A DNA stretch of 32,000 nt, taken from NCBI GenBank assembly GCA_951812855.1, contig OX638337.1, positions 1,590,001 through 1,622,000 of the forward strand, written 5' to 3'. A program made the position numbers and the translations under genes. Under the pieces are notes generated by a model that searched no databases, was not told the DNA's origin, and saw nothing but the letters and a program-made list of their open reading frames with translations. Below, piece after piece: positions 18,104 to 26,828 of the stretch. This DNA is from an uncultured Lentisphaeria bacterium (lineage in GTDB: Bacteria > Verrucomicrobiota > Lentisphaeria > JABSQK01 > JAJFLO01). Position 1 is the first letter of the stretch. Every line of letters starts with the position of its first letter.

Positions 18104-19384
18104 TTAGGCGAATTCTTGAATTAAAACTGGAACAAATTCAGTTATGTCTCCGGCACCCATAATGAGGATAATATCATCAGATTTTGATGATTTAGCAATA
18201 CGTTTAGCCAGGCTATTCAAAGATTGATCGTGAAAAAATGCCGGAATCAAGTTTATTTTTTTCACAATATCCTGTGCAGAGACAGAACTCTTGTTCTTCA
18301 TCCAGGCCTTAAATACGGGAATAACATATAATTCGTCGGCCTTACCTAATTCAGCGGCCAATTCGTCGCAATAGTGGCTAATACGTTCAACTCTGTGGGG
18401 TTGAAATATTAATTTGAGGTTTCTTGAAGGATAACGTTCTCTTATTGCATCAACACATGCTTTTACTTCATTGGGGTGATGGGCATAATCTTCATAAATT
18501 AATAACTTCTTTGATTTATATCTTAAAGAGAGTCTACGGTCTACTCCCTGGAACGTTGACATGCTCGACACTGAATCTTTGAAATCAATACCAAATTGTT
18601 CTGCCATTATAATTGCAAATAAAGCATTAATTCTGTTATGTCTCCCTAATAAAGGCAGTGTAGATACCCGGTTTAAATTTTGTTCTCCAATGAAACGACA
18701 ATTTTTATGATCCGAAAACATCGATCGGGAATCAGGGCTGTCCTTTGTTAAAAGAACATGTGTTGAAAACGCAAATCTCCGAAAAGATTCAAATAAGCCC
18801 TGGATGGAGTGATAATTCCAAAAATGATCATTGTCGATATTTGTTATAATGCCATAGTTACACTTTATATGTGATAATGTCCCATCGCTTTCATCTGCTT
18901 CAGCGACGAGTATATCTCCGGCACCTGCAGTTGCATAATCCTTAATATTGTTTACTCTTCCTCCAATCAGATATGCAGGGGATTTATTATTTTGAATCAG
19001 TATATGGGCAAGCATTGATGCCACAGTTGTTTTTCCGTGAGAACCTGTAACAGCAATTGTTGAAGGGAAAAACGATGATAGTTTTGCTAAAAAAATACCA
19101 CGTTTTAATGACTTGATAGACTGTTCTTTAGCAAATGACAATTCTGGATTTGTAATTGTTATTGCTGATGAATATACAATTATATCCGGACTGGTGATAT
19201 TTTGGTGGTTATGTCCAATTTCAACCGTAATGTGTTTAGATCTTAAAAGAACTGTGTTGTTTGATTCAATGATATCAGAGCCGGTAACTTTTACGCCTGA
19301 CTCGTGAACGAGCAACGCAATGCCACACATACCCGCTCCGCCTATACCGATAAAATGAATATGATTCCATGGAATACGATTCAA
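18104..19384 (-). CDS. murC: UDP-N-acetylmuramate--L-alanine ligase
   Basis: HFIGIGGAGMCGIA, the Mur ligase P-loop AVTGSHGKTT, EADESDG and DYAHHP. TTG start. The stop lies 9 nt before the ddl start. Confidence 0.92.
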   Translation of the reverse strand: MNRIPWNHIHFIGIGGAGMCGIALLVHESGVKVTGSDIIESNNTVLLRSKHITVEIGHNHQNITSPDIIVYSSAITITNPELSFAKEQSIKSLKRGIFLAKLSSFFPSTIAVTGSHGKTTVASMLAHILIQNNKSPAYLIGGRVNNIKDYATAGAGDILVAEADESDGTLSHIKCNYGIITNIDNDHFWNYHSIQGLFESFRRFAFSTHVLLTKDSPDSRSMFSDHKNCRFIGEQNLNRVSTLPLLGRHNRINALFAIIMAEQFGIDFKDSVSSMSTFQGVDRRLSLRYKSKKLLIYEDYAHHPNEVKACVDAIRERYPSRNLKLIFQPHRVERISHYCDELAAELGKADELYVIPVFKAWMKNKSSVSAQDIVKKINLIPAFFHDQSLNSLAKRIAKSSKSDDIILIMGAGDITEFVPVLIQEFA

Positions 19385-19742
19385 TATTTAAGTGCTTTCG
19401 TTTCTAAAATTTTTTACTGTTGTATCTAATTAACTGTAAAAAAAACAGGTAAATGATTATGTATTTCACAGTCAACTTATGGCTATTCCCAAACGAATGA
19501 AGAGTAGTAAAAGATAACGTACAATTTCTATTGATCCACTTTAATAAAACGAAATCTACTGAGCCGAATATGAGCATGAAAAAGTTCAACTTCTTTGTAT
19601 GTAAAACATAAAAGTATTTGCAATACTTAGAAATTTTTTGTTTTACATCTTGAATTTTAACCTGGCTATAGGAATTTATAGACCTGCAAAATAAATATTT
19701 TTATGTTCAATGAGTAAATCGCGTTGAGGAATCAGTAAAAAA

Positions 19743-20012
19743 ATGCCGAATAACAAAACAGTTAGAAAAAGAATCAAAGTTACAAACGAAAGAACAATAC
19801 GAAATAAGTCTCGTAAATCAGCGATAAAGACTTTCGAAAAAAAATTTCATTCTGAAGTCAAAAATAAGAACTTTGATTTAGCTAAAACTCATTTAAGCAA
19901 TGTATCGTCGCTTTATGACAGAGCTGCGAAAATCGGTATTATTAAAAAGAATCATGCAAATCGGAAGAAATCAAGATTAGCGTTGTTCCTTCAAAAAGCG
20001 AGTACCAGTTAG
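19743..20012 (+). CDS. rpsT: 30S ribosomal protein S20
   Basis: 89 aa, highly basic, with N-terminal NKTVRKRIKVTNERTIRNKSRKSAIKT and C-terminal IIKKNHANRKKSRL typical of S20. Confidence 0.92.
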   Translation: MPNNKTVRKRIKVTNERTIRNKSRKSAIKTFEKKFHSEVKNKNFDLAKTHLSNVSSLYDRAAKIGIIKKNHANRKKSRLALFLQKASTS

Positions 20013-20482
20013 TATATAACCAAATTGGTTTTTATGGTATTGTTCAGTCCATTCAGTTTTTACTTCCTTTTACTTCCCTCCCTTTAAGTCGCACTTATTT
20101 ATTTGTCCAGTTCGATATAAATAACTCCTAATGTGGTAATATTGAAGAATCTCTTACACTGGAGTTTGGGCTGTAGTGTGATACTTTTTTATTTCACAGA
20201 CTAAAGCATGACTTTAACGTGTTCCTTTACTCAATAAATATCGTTTTTCTCTTGAGTGTTTATAGTGACTGATACGGGCAGGTACCACGGGAATTAAACT
20301 CAGTTGCTGCATGCTGATAAATTGAGTCAGACATGCCGGTAAAAAATTACACAATTCGTATCATGTATACCACTCATTCTTTGTGGAACGTGGTTTTTTT
20401 AAAATGTACATTCGAAATAAATTTAAGTGGTATCGTACAATTCTCATCAATTATAAAATATTAATTCTATTCTCCGGAAGTT

Positions 20483-21631
20483 ATGTCTACAGAAAATTTA
20501 TCGGAAATTTACCGTTCTACAGTCATTAAGAATAGTAAACGGATTGTAATTAAAATTGGGTCACGATTATTAACTGGTAACGTCAAGTTTTCTGCGAATA
20601 GTCGTATTGATCAACTTATCCGCAGGATCGCTGACATTCGGCAGAAAGGTTATGAAATAATACTGGTTACGTCTGCAGCGATTAGCCTGGGAATGGAGAT
20701 GCGAAACCTTAAAAAGCGTCCTACAGCTCTTCCCCGTTTACAAGCACTTGCTGCACTGGGGCAGAGCAAGCTAATGTCGATGTATGAAAACGCATGTCAG
20801 GATCATGGATTTCATTGTGCTCAGATTCTACTTTCGCACGATGATCTGAAAAATCGTGAACGACACTTAAATACATGTAACTGTATTAATGCTCTTATGA
20901 GTCAAAATATTTTGCCTGTCATTAATGAAAATGACGCAGTTAGTGTTGATGAAATAAGTTTTGGTGATAACGATAGACTTGCTGCTTTAGTTGCGACCAT
21001 GATTCGTGCGGACCTTACAATACTGCTCACCAATGTTGATGGACTTTTAACTGCTAAAGATGGTGATTACAGACGGAGCCATTCAATAGTGCAAAATATC
21101 AGTGATCAAATCAGATCCCAGGCAAAGGGGACGGATGGAAACTCAGTATCAAGTGGAGGTATGATCAGTAAAATTGAGGCTGCAGAAATCTGTTTATCTG
21201 CGGGTGAGAGTTTATGGATAGCAAACGGTGTGGATTTTGAAATTCTGGATCAAATATTTGACGCTTCCGATGTTGGTACTCTCTTTTATTCAACGAATTT
21301 CAAATTACCTAATTCAAAAAGATGGTTGGCTTTTTTTACCAACCCATGTGGAGATTTAGTTATTGATGCTGGAGCAGCCCATGCTCTGAAGAGTAATGGC
21401 AAGAGTCTATTGCCCAGTGGGATTATTAAAAGCCGTGGAAGCTTTGATATAGGGGATACTGTAAAAATAGTGACTGAAGAGAATATTGAAATTGGTATGG
21501 GAATTATTAATTATAACTCAGAGCAGATGAAATTAATAATGGGTAAACAGACTTCGGAGTTGAACAGTTTTTTGGGAAAACGGGTTTATGATGAAGTTGT
21601 TCATCGAAACAATATGGTTGTTTTTAGTTAA
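20483..21631 (+). CDS. proB: Glutamate 5-kinase with C-terminal PUA domain
   Basis: RIVIKIGSRLLT, ILVTSAAI, NENDAVSVDEISFGDNDRLAA and the PUA segment GDLVIDAGAAHAL...GKSLLPSGI. Confidence 0.93.
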   Translation: MSTENLSEIYRSTVIKNSKRIVIKIGSRLLTGNVKFSANSRIDQLIRRIADIRQKGYEIILVTSAAISLGMEMRNLKKRPTALPRLQALAALGQSKLMSMYENACQDHGFHCAQILLSHDDLKNRERHLNTCNCINALMSQNILPVINENDAVSVDEISFGDNDRLAALVATMIRADLTILLTNVDGLLTAKDGDYRRSHSIVQNISDQIRSQAKGTDGNSVSSGGMISKIEAAEICLSAGESLWIANGVDFEILDQIFDASDVGTLFYSTNFKLPNSKRWLAFFTNPCGDLVIDAGAAHALKSNGKSLLPSGIIKSRGSFDIGDTVKIVTEENIEIGMGIINYNSEQMKLIMGKQTSELNSFLGKRVYDEVVHRNNMVVFS

Positions 21632-21713
21632 AAATCATCGGGATCAATTCGTTAATTGCCAATGTTCTTTTCGGGGAGATATCACGGACACTGATTTTTC
21701 AGAATATCCGGGA

Positions 21714-22457
21714 TTATTTTTTTAATATTACCTGATCTGATCCGACAATGATATCTTTTATCTTGAGCTGTACTTCTTTTTTGAAATTTTCGTTATCTTT
21801 GATCAGAGCAACGAAGTTTTTTATAATTAATTCTTGTAATTGAGGGATAGGTATAGGTAGTTCCCCTAAGTTTACTTCCGTAACTGCAAACGACAATCCC
21901 GCTTCAGTTCCTGTAACTCTCCCGGTTATTGTTGAGTATAGAGTTGCTTTTTCCAGTAACTGTAACTTTAGAATAAATTTTAATTTATCAGGCGGGAGGA
22001 ATTTAGTATATAAACCATCAGTGATTAATGGAGGTGTTTCCCCTGAAGCAATGTATTTTTCACGTTGTTTTTGTTTATTTTTTTCTGTTAATTTGAGGAT
22101 TAAATCTGACAGCATCTGAATCTCTGCAATATTAAAGGCGTACTCTTTTCCTGTTTTTCCTTTCCTAAATTTTTTGAATCGTTTTAATGCTACTTTATTT
22201 TCCTCTTCTGTCAGCACATTTGGCATAGTGATTTCGGGTTTCATAAAAACTGCCGAGATTGTGCCGATTAAAGCAACTGTCAGTATAAGTATAGAGAGGT
22301 TGCGGACGGTTGCAATTGCTGTTTTAGCCTTTGAATCATCACCGCCTTGCTGAAATGAATCCGGGGTCAATTCATCTAATTCTAATTTTTCACCACATGA
22401 ACGGCAGAAAATAGCACCAATTTGATTTTCTTGCCCGCATTCGGGACATTGAATCAT
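21714..22457 (-). CDS. Zinc-ribbon membrane protein, function unknown
   Basis: N-terminal CPECG...CRSCG zinc ribbon, one TM helix (LSILILTVALIGTISAVF), then an uncharacterised ~170-aa C-terminal domain. Confidence 0.65.
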   Translation of the reverse strand: MIQCPECGQENQIGAIFCRSCGEKLELDELTPDSFQQGGDDSKAKTAIATVRNLSILILTVALIGTISAVFMKPEITMPNVLTEEENKVALKRFKKFRKGKTGKEYAFNIAEIQMLSDLILKLTEKNKQKQREKYIASGETPPLITDGLYTKFLPPDKLKFILKLQLLEKATLYSTITGRVTGTEAGLSFAVTEVNLGELPIPIPQLQELIIKNFVALIKDNENFKKEVQLKIKDIIVGSDQVILKK

Positions 22458-22555
22458 GTTTATATCTCCTCATCCAAGAATTAATATTGAATCAGCTGTG
22501 GGGAATTATTAAAAATAAAAATTTGTTAGCCGGAAGTCAGATTCAGCACAATTTT

Positions 22556-22840
22556 CTAATTAATTGTTTTTTCCGTTTTCTTATTTGAGTTTTTAGAACT
22601 TTCTTTTGCAGTAGAAGTGCTTGTCTTGTTCTCACGTTCAGCTTGTTTTTTATAGCTGTCACTGCGATAATCAGTACAATAAAAACCACTTCCCTTAAAA
22701 ATTATACCCGCACCAGCACTTATTATCCGTTTCACTTTTCCATTGCAGTGGATACATACAGCAAGTGGCGGGTCAACCATTTTTTGGATGTAATCAAAAT
22801 CTTTATTACATTTTAAACATCTATATTGATATGTCGGCAT
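22556..22840 (-). CDS. FmdB-family zinc-ribbon protein
   Basis: MPTYQYRCLKCNKDF...CIHCNGKVKRI...GSGFY matches the CxxC_CxxC_SSSS (FmdB) pattern. The tail is Ser/Lys-rich and low in complexity. Confidence 0.8.
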   Translation of the reverse strand: MPTYQYRCLKCNKDFDYIQKMVDPPLAVCIHCNGKVKRIISAGAGIIFKGSGFYCTDYRSDSYKKQAERENKTSTSTAKESSKNSNKKTEKTIN

Positions 22841-23205
22841 CGTATAAATTCCGTTAAGAATATGATATCATTAATTCCTTTGTATGAACTGATTATTTCC
22901 ATTCACTGACCATAGAAAATAGCTTACTCATTAATAAACGCAATAAACATTTTTTAATATCGTTTACACATAGAATACACTTTTTTCACTATTGTATACC
23001 CCCAATAGAAAAACTGAAATATAAATTTTGATTATTGAATGGGGGAGTGAATTGAAGATAGAGGAGCAGGAGGAGCACACTCTGCTCCAGAATCAAATTT
23101 AAGGTTTTGCAACCTTTGTGTATAATAGTAACCAGAGTTTTACTCCTGCTTCCTCCACAGTTATAATAATCATAACAAAAGAGATTGTCAAATTTAAACA
23201 CAAGT

Positions 23206-23688
23206 CTATAAATCTGTTTTTTTATTGTCTCTTTGGAGTTGGAAAAAACGTTGAAGTAACATTAAGCATTCTTTGTGAAAAACGCCGGATTTGATTGGAA
23301 TTTGATGTAGATGGCCACTAAAATTTGCAATATTCAACGCACCGCCTGCTGCTCCGTATTTTGGGTCGGATACACCAAATACTAATCGTCCAAGTTTGCT
23401 GTTTGCCATTGCACCGGCACACATGGAACACGGCTCTTTGGTTACGTATAGGCAGGCATTATTCAGCCTCCAATTCTGTAAATATGCAGATGCTTGAGTT
23501 ATTGCAAGAATTTCTGCATGGGCTGTAGCATCGTTTAAAATTTCAACCTGATTATGAGCCCTGGCTATAATATTTTCTTCATGAACGATTACAGCACCAA
23601 CTGGAACCTCTTTTTCGTCAAATGCTTTCTCAGCTTCTCTGAGAGCAAGTTGCATATAAGTCTCATCATTTCGATTGAGTAAATTCAT
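23206..23688 (-). CDS. tadA: tRNA adenosine(34) deaminase
   Basis: Cytidine/deoxycytidylate deaminase zinc motifs HAEILAI and PCSMCAGA; 160 aa. Confidence 0.92.
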   Translation of the reverse strand: MNLLNRNDETYMQLALREAEKAFDEKEVPVGAVIVHEENIIARAHNQVEILNDATAHAEILAITQASAYLQNWRLNNACLYVTKEPCSMCAGAMANSKLGRLVFGVSDPKYGAAGGALNIANFSGHLHQIPIKSGVFHKECLMLLQRFFQLQRDNKKTDL

Positions 23689-23755
23689 GTTTCCACTATG
23701 ATGATAAATTTTTACTTATTGAATCCGAAAATTACGTTTAATCCAGGATAACCGG

Positions 23756-24571
23756 TTAAAGAGCATTGAAGGATTGGTCATCGGTTGGGAATGCCTGGTT
23801 TTTCACTTCATTTGCATAATCCGAAAATATAGATCTTACCTTCTGCCCTAATTTTCCATAGTGTTTCGCATGTTTTGGTTTCCAGTCTTCAAACATCCCG
23901 AGAATGTCATGTGCGACTTGAATTTGACCGTCGCAATGAATCCCGGCACCAATTCCGATTGTCGGGATATCTATTGAATTCGTTATTTTTTTTGCGAGAT
24001 TTACAGGTATTCCTTCTAATATCAGTGCAAAAGCCCCGGCGTTTTCCAGGGCTTCGGCATCTTCACATAATAACGCTGCTTCTTTATCATTTTTCCCTTG
24101 GACGCGATAGCCGCCTTCTGCAATAACCCGTTGAGGTAAAATTCCAATATGTCCAACGACTGGAATTCCGCAATCAACTAATCGTGAAACGGCAGGAGCA
24201 ATAATCTTTCCACCTTCCAATTTAACACCGTCGGCCCCCGCTTCCTGAAGATATTTTCCAGCATTTCTTACCGTTTCATCACTATTAATTTGAAACGATA
24301 AAAATGGCATATCCCCGATGACGAGTGCACGGTTGACTCCTCGAACCACTGCTGAAGTATGATGTAGACTTTGTTCTAATGTGACTGAGATAGTATTCCT
24401 ATATCCAAGTACTGTCATTCCCAGTGAATCTCCAACAAGCATGATATGAACTCCAACTTCATCAGCAATTTTGGCAGTTAATGCATCATAAGCTGTTAAC
24501 GCGACTATTTTCTCCTGCGAATGGTACAATTTTTGAATATCACGAATGGTAAGTTTTTGATTTAATCGCAT
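23756..24571 (-). CDS. panB: 3-methyl-2-oxobutanoate hydroxymethyltransferase
   Basis: LTAYD, MLVGDSLGMTVLGY, GADGVKLEGG and IGHIGILPQ. Confidence 0.93.
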   Translation of the reverse strand: MRLNQKLTIRDIQKLYHSQEKIVALTAYDALTAKIADEVGVHIMLVGDSLGMTVLGYRNTISVTLEQSLHHTSAVVRGVNRALVIGDMPFLSFQINSDETVRNAGKYLQEAGADGVKLEGGKIIAPAVSRLVDCGIPVVGHIGILPQRVIAEGGYRVQGKNDKEAALLCEDAEALENAGAFALILEGIPVNLAKKITNSIDIPTIGIGAGIHCDGQIQVAHDILGMFEDWKPKHAKHYGKLGQKVRSIFSDYANEVKNQAFPTDDQSFNAL

Positions 24572-24615
24572 ATCAGTTATCTGGATTGGAATTAACCCGG
24601 ATGGTAAATTTAATT

Positions 24616-25908
24616 TTAGATATGTCTCTCTTGCATAGGAATATAGTTTGTTTCATTATTTCCTGTATATACTTGTCTTGGACGACCAATTTTTATTCCG
24701 GGTGTATTAATCATTTCTTTCCATTGTGCTATCCATCCGGGCATTCTGCCGATTGCAAATAATACAGTGAACATGTCTGTTGGAATTCCCATGGCCTTAT
24801 ACAATAATCCACTGTAAAAATCAACATTCGGATACAGTTTCCGTTTAATGAAATAATCGTCATTTAATACTTGTGCTTCTAATTTTACGGCAATGTCAAG
24901 CAATGGATCGCTAACGCTTTCTTTCTTAAGTATGTCCATACAAATATTCTTTATAATTCGTGCTCTGGGATCATAGTTCTTATAAACCCGATGTCCAAAA
25001 CCTGACAGTCTGAAATTATTTGACTTATCTTTTGCCATATCTATAAACGCTTCTGGTTCTTTTCCTGATTTGTGGATTTGTGCCAACATCTCCATTACTG
25101 CCTGATTTGCACCACCATGTAATGGCCCCCACAAGGCAGCAATTCCCGCAGTAATTGCTGCATACAAACTGGGTTGTGAACTTCCCACCAGCCTGACGCT
25201 TGACGCGGAACAATTTTGTTCATGATCCGCGTGCATGATTAAAAGCATTTCCAGTGCTTTGACCATATCCGGATCAGGCGAATACTCCCTGTCCGGTGAA
25301 GAAAACATCATTTTCAAGAAATTTTCGGAATATCCAGGTTCACTTGACGGTGCAACAAATTCTTCACCAATTGAATGTTTGTACGAATGAGCGGCAATCG
25401 TGCTCGTTACAGCAATCAGTCTTGATGTTGCTTCAGAAATGACATCCTCATTTGAGCCTGGAACAACTTCCTGATAAAAACCAGCGAGTGCGTTGATCAT
25501 CGATCCTAAAACTGCCATTGGGTGGGCATCCTGAGGAAAATGCTGCAGCATTTTCTTCATTTGCTCGGGAATTTCCCCCTGGTTTGCAATGTCTTGTGTT
25601 ATTTTTGATAATTCTGTCGGAGATGGGAGATTTCCGTTTAACAGCAGGTAACTCGTTTCTATGAATGATGATTGGTCAGCGAGCTGGTCGAGTGGAATTC
25701 CCCGATATCTTAAAATTCCTTTTTCTCCATTGATAAACGTAATTTCGCTTTCACATGATCCCGTATTCATGAAGCCGCTGTCTAATGTTATATGTCCGGT
25801 CTGTGCTCGAAGAGGGCGGATATCAATTGCCCGTTCATTTTCGGTTCCAACTACAATCGGAAATTCATAGGTCTCGCTGCCTAATATCAGTTTCGCAATT
25901 TCGCACAT
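24616..25908 (-). CDS. gltA: Citrate synthase (type II-like, 430 aa)
   Basis: LLIMHADHEQNCS, GPLHGGAN and GFGHRVYKNYDPRA. Confidence 0.93.
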   Translation of the reverse strand: MCEIAKLILGSETYEFPIVVGTENERAIDIRPLRAQTGHITLDSGFMNTGSCESEITFINGEKGILRYRGIPLDQLADQSSFIETSYLLLNGNLPSPTELSKITQDIANQGEIPEQMKKMLQHFPQDAHPMAVLGSMINALAGFYQEVVPGSNEDVISEATSRLIAVTSTIAAHSYKHSIGEEFVAPSSEPGYSENFLKMMFSSPDREYSPDPDMVKALEMLLIMHADHEQNCSASSVRLVGSSQPSLYAAITAGIAALWGPLHGGANQAVMEMLAQIHKSGKEPEAFIDMAKDKSNNFRLSGFGHRVYKNYDPRARIIKNICMDILKKESVSDPLLDIAVKLEAQVLNDDYFIKRKLYPNVDFYSGLLYKAMGIPTDMFTVLFAIGRMPGWIAQWKEMINTPGIKIGRPRQVYTGNNETNYIPMQERHI

Positions 25909-25956
25909 GCTTATCGCTCCCTTTTATTAAAAGATTTCATTAAAACTTTATCATCA

Positions 25957-25978
25957 AAAACCGAAGAATTTCGGTTTT
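25957..25978. other. Terminator-like hairpin in the gltA-ruvA divergent spacer
   Basis: aaaaccgaa / gaat / ttcggtttt, a perfect 9-bp stem flanked by A/T runs on both strands, 49 nt upstream of the gltA ATG. Strand and role are unresolved. Confidence 0.3.
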
Positions 25979-26195
25979 AAAATAAAACGACACTATGTCT
26001 CTTCTTCTCAAATAAGAACACTCATCAGGACTTAAATTATTTATAGATAGCCCAACATGCCCAAACAGCTGAATTGAACCTGAACGATTAATTCAGGTTA
26101 ACTCCTTGAACAAATTTCTCGCAGATTTATACTAATTTAACTTTTTTTGGTTTCAAACATTACTTGTTATAAAAAATATTTTCCAATACTATTTT

Positions 26196-26813
26196 ATGAT
26201 TGCAATTATTCGAGGAAAATTAGAACAGAAGTCATTAACAAAAATCGTTGTCGACGTTAATGGCATCGGGTTTGAACTTTTTATACCAATGAGTACCTAT
26301 GATAAACTCCCTGAAAAATCCAACACGATAACATTAAATACCTGCCTTCATCTCAGGCAAGATTCAGTACAACTTTATGGATTTGTTACATTGCCTGAAA
26401 AATCTCTTTTCCTGATGCTGATCAATTCAGTATCAGGGATAGGACCTAAATTAGCTTTAAACATATTAAGTTCAATGCCGGTCAATTCATTTTGCACTGC
26501 AATAATTAATAACGATATTAAAACATTGTCCGGAATCAATGGAATCGGGAAACGTTCAGCCGAACGATTAGCCGTAGAATTGCGTGATAAAATATCTGAA
26601 ATTTTTCCTGGGGCTGGACTCGCCAATTTACCGACTGGATTGTCACCTGTATCATCGAAAGGTATTGAAGACGCTGTTTCCGGACTTATCACATTAGGAT
26701 TTAAGCCTGATTCATCCCGCAAAACGGTAAGTAAGCTTGCAGGAAAAATGCCTGAATCAGAGATAACAGCTCAATCATTAATTCGGAATGCATTAATCAT
26801 TCTTAATAAATGA
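26196..26813 (+). CDS. ruvA: Holliday junction branch migration complex subunit RuvA
   Basis: MIAIIRGKL...VVDVNGIGFELFIP (OB fold) and helix-hairpin-helix motifs VSGIGPKLA and INGIGKRSAERL. Confidence 0.92.
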   Translation: MIAIIRGKLEQKSLTKIVVDVNGIGFELFIPMSTYDKLPEKSNTITLNTCLHLRQDSVQLYGFVTLPEKSLFLMLINSVSGIGPKLALNILSSMPVNSFCTAIINNDIKTLSGINGIGKRSAERLAVELRDKISEIFPGAGLANLPTGLSPVSSKGIEDAVSGLITLGFKPDSSRKTVSKLAGKMPESEITAQSLIRNALIILNK

Positions 26814-26828
26814 AAATAAAGTTTACCT

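Noticed and set aside
20276-20291. T-box-like sequence GGGCAGGTACCACGGG upstream of proB (Bacillus proBA is T-box regulated)
   Set aside because: It shares only the GGTACC core with the T-box consensus (GGGTGGTACCGCG). The UGGN bulge that reads the tRNA 3' end is not preserved. I could not find Stem I elements (GA/K-turn, AGAGA, specifier loop), and the only T-run terminator is about 100 nt away rather than overlapping the motif. This is left as part of the generic spacer finding, pending a covariance-model scan.
23143-23156. GGAGGAAGCAGGAG on the minus strand resembles the GGAAGCAGC helix-8 motif of SRP (4.5S) RNA
   Set aside because: There is no GNRA-closed hairpin with the complementary 5' strand (AGGUCAGGUCC-like). 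The surrounding structure is a multi-branch fold, not the single long SRP hairpin.
22989-23201. 70-aa minus-strand ORF in the tadA-fmdB spacer
   Set aside because: No motif and an implausible composition. The same DNA is better explained by the nested helices reported as a candidate structured RNA.
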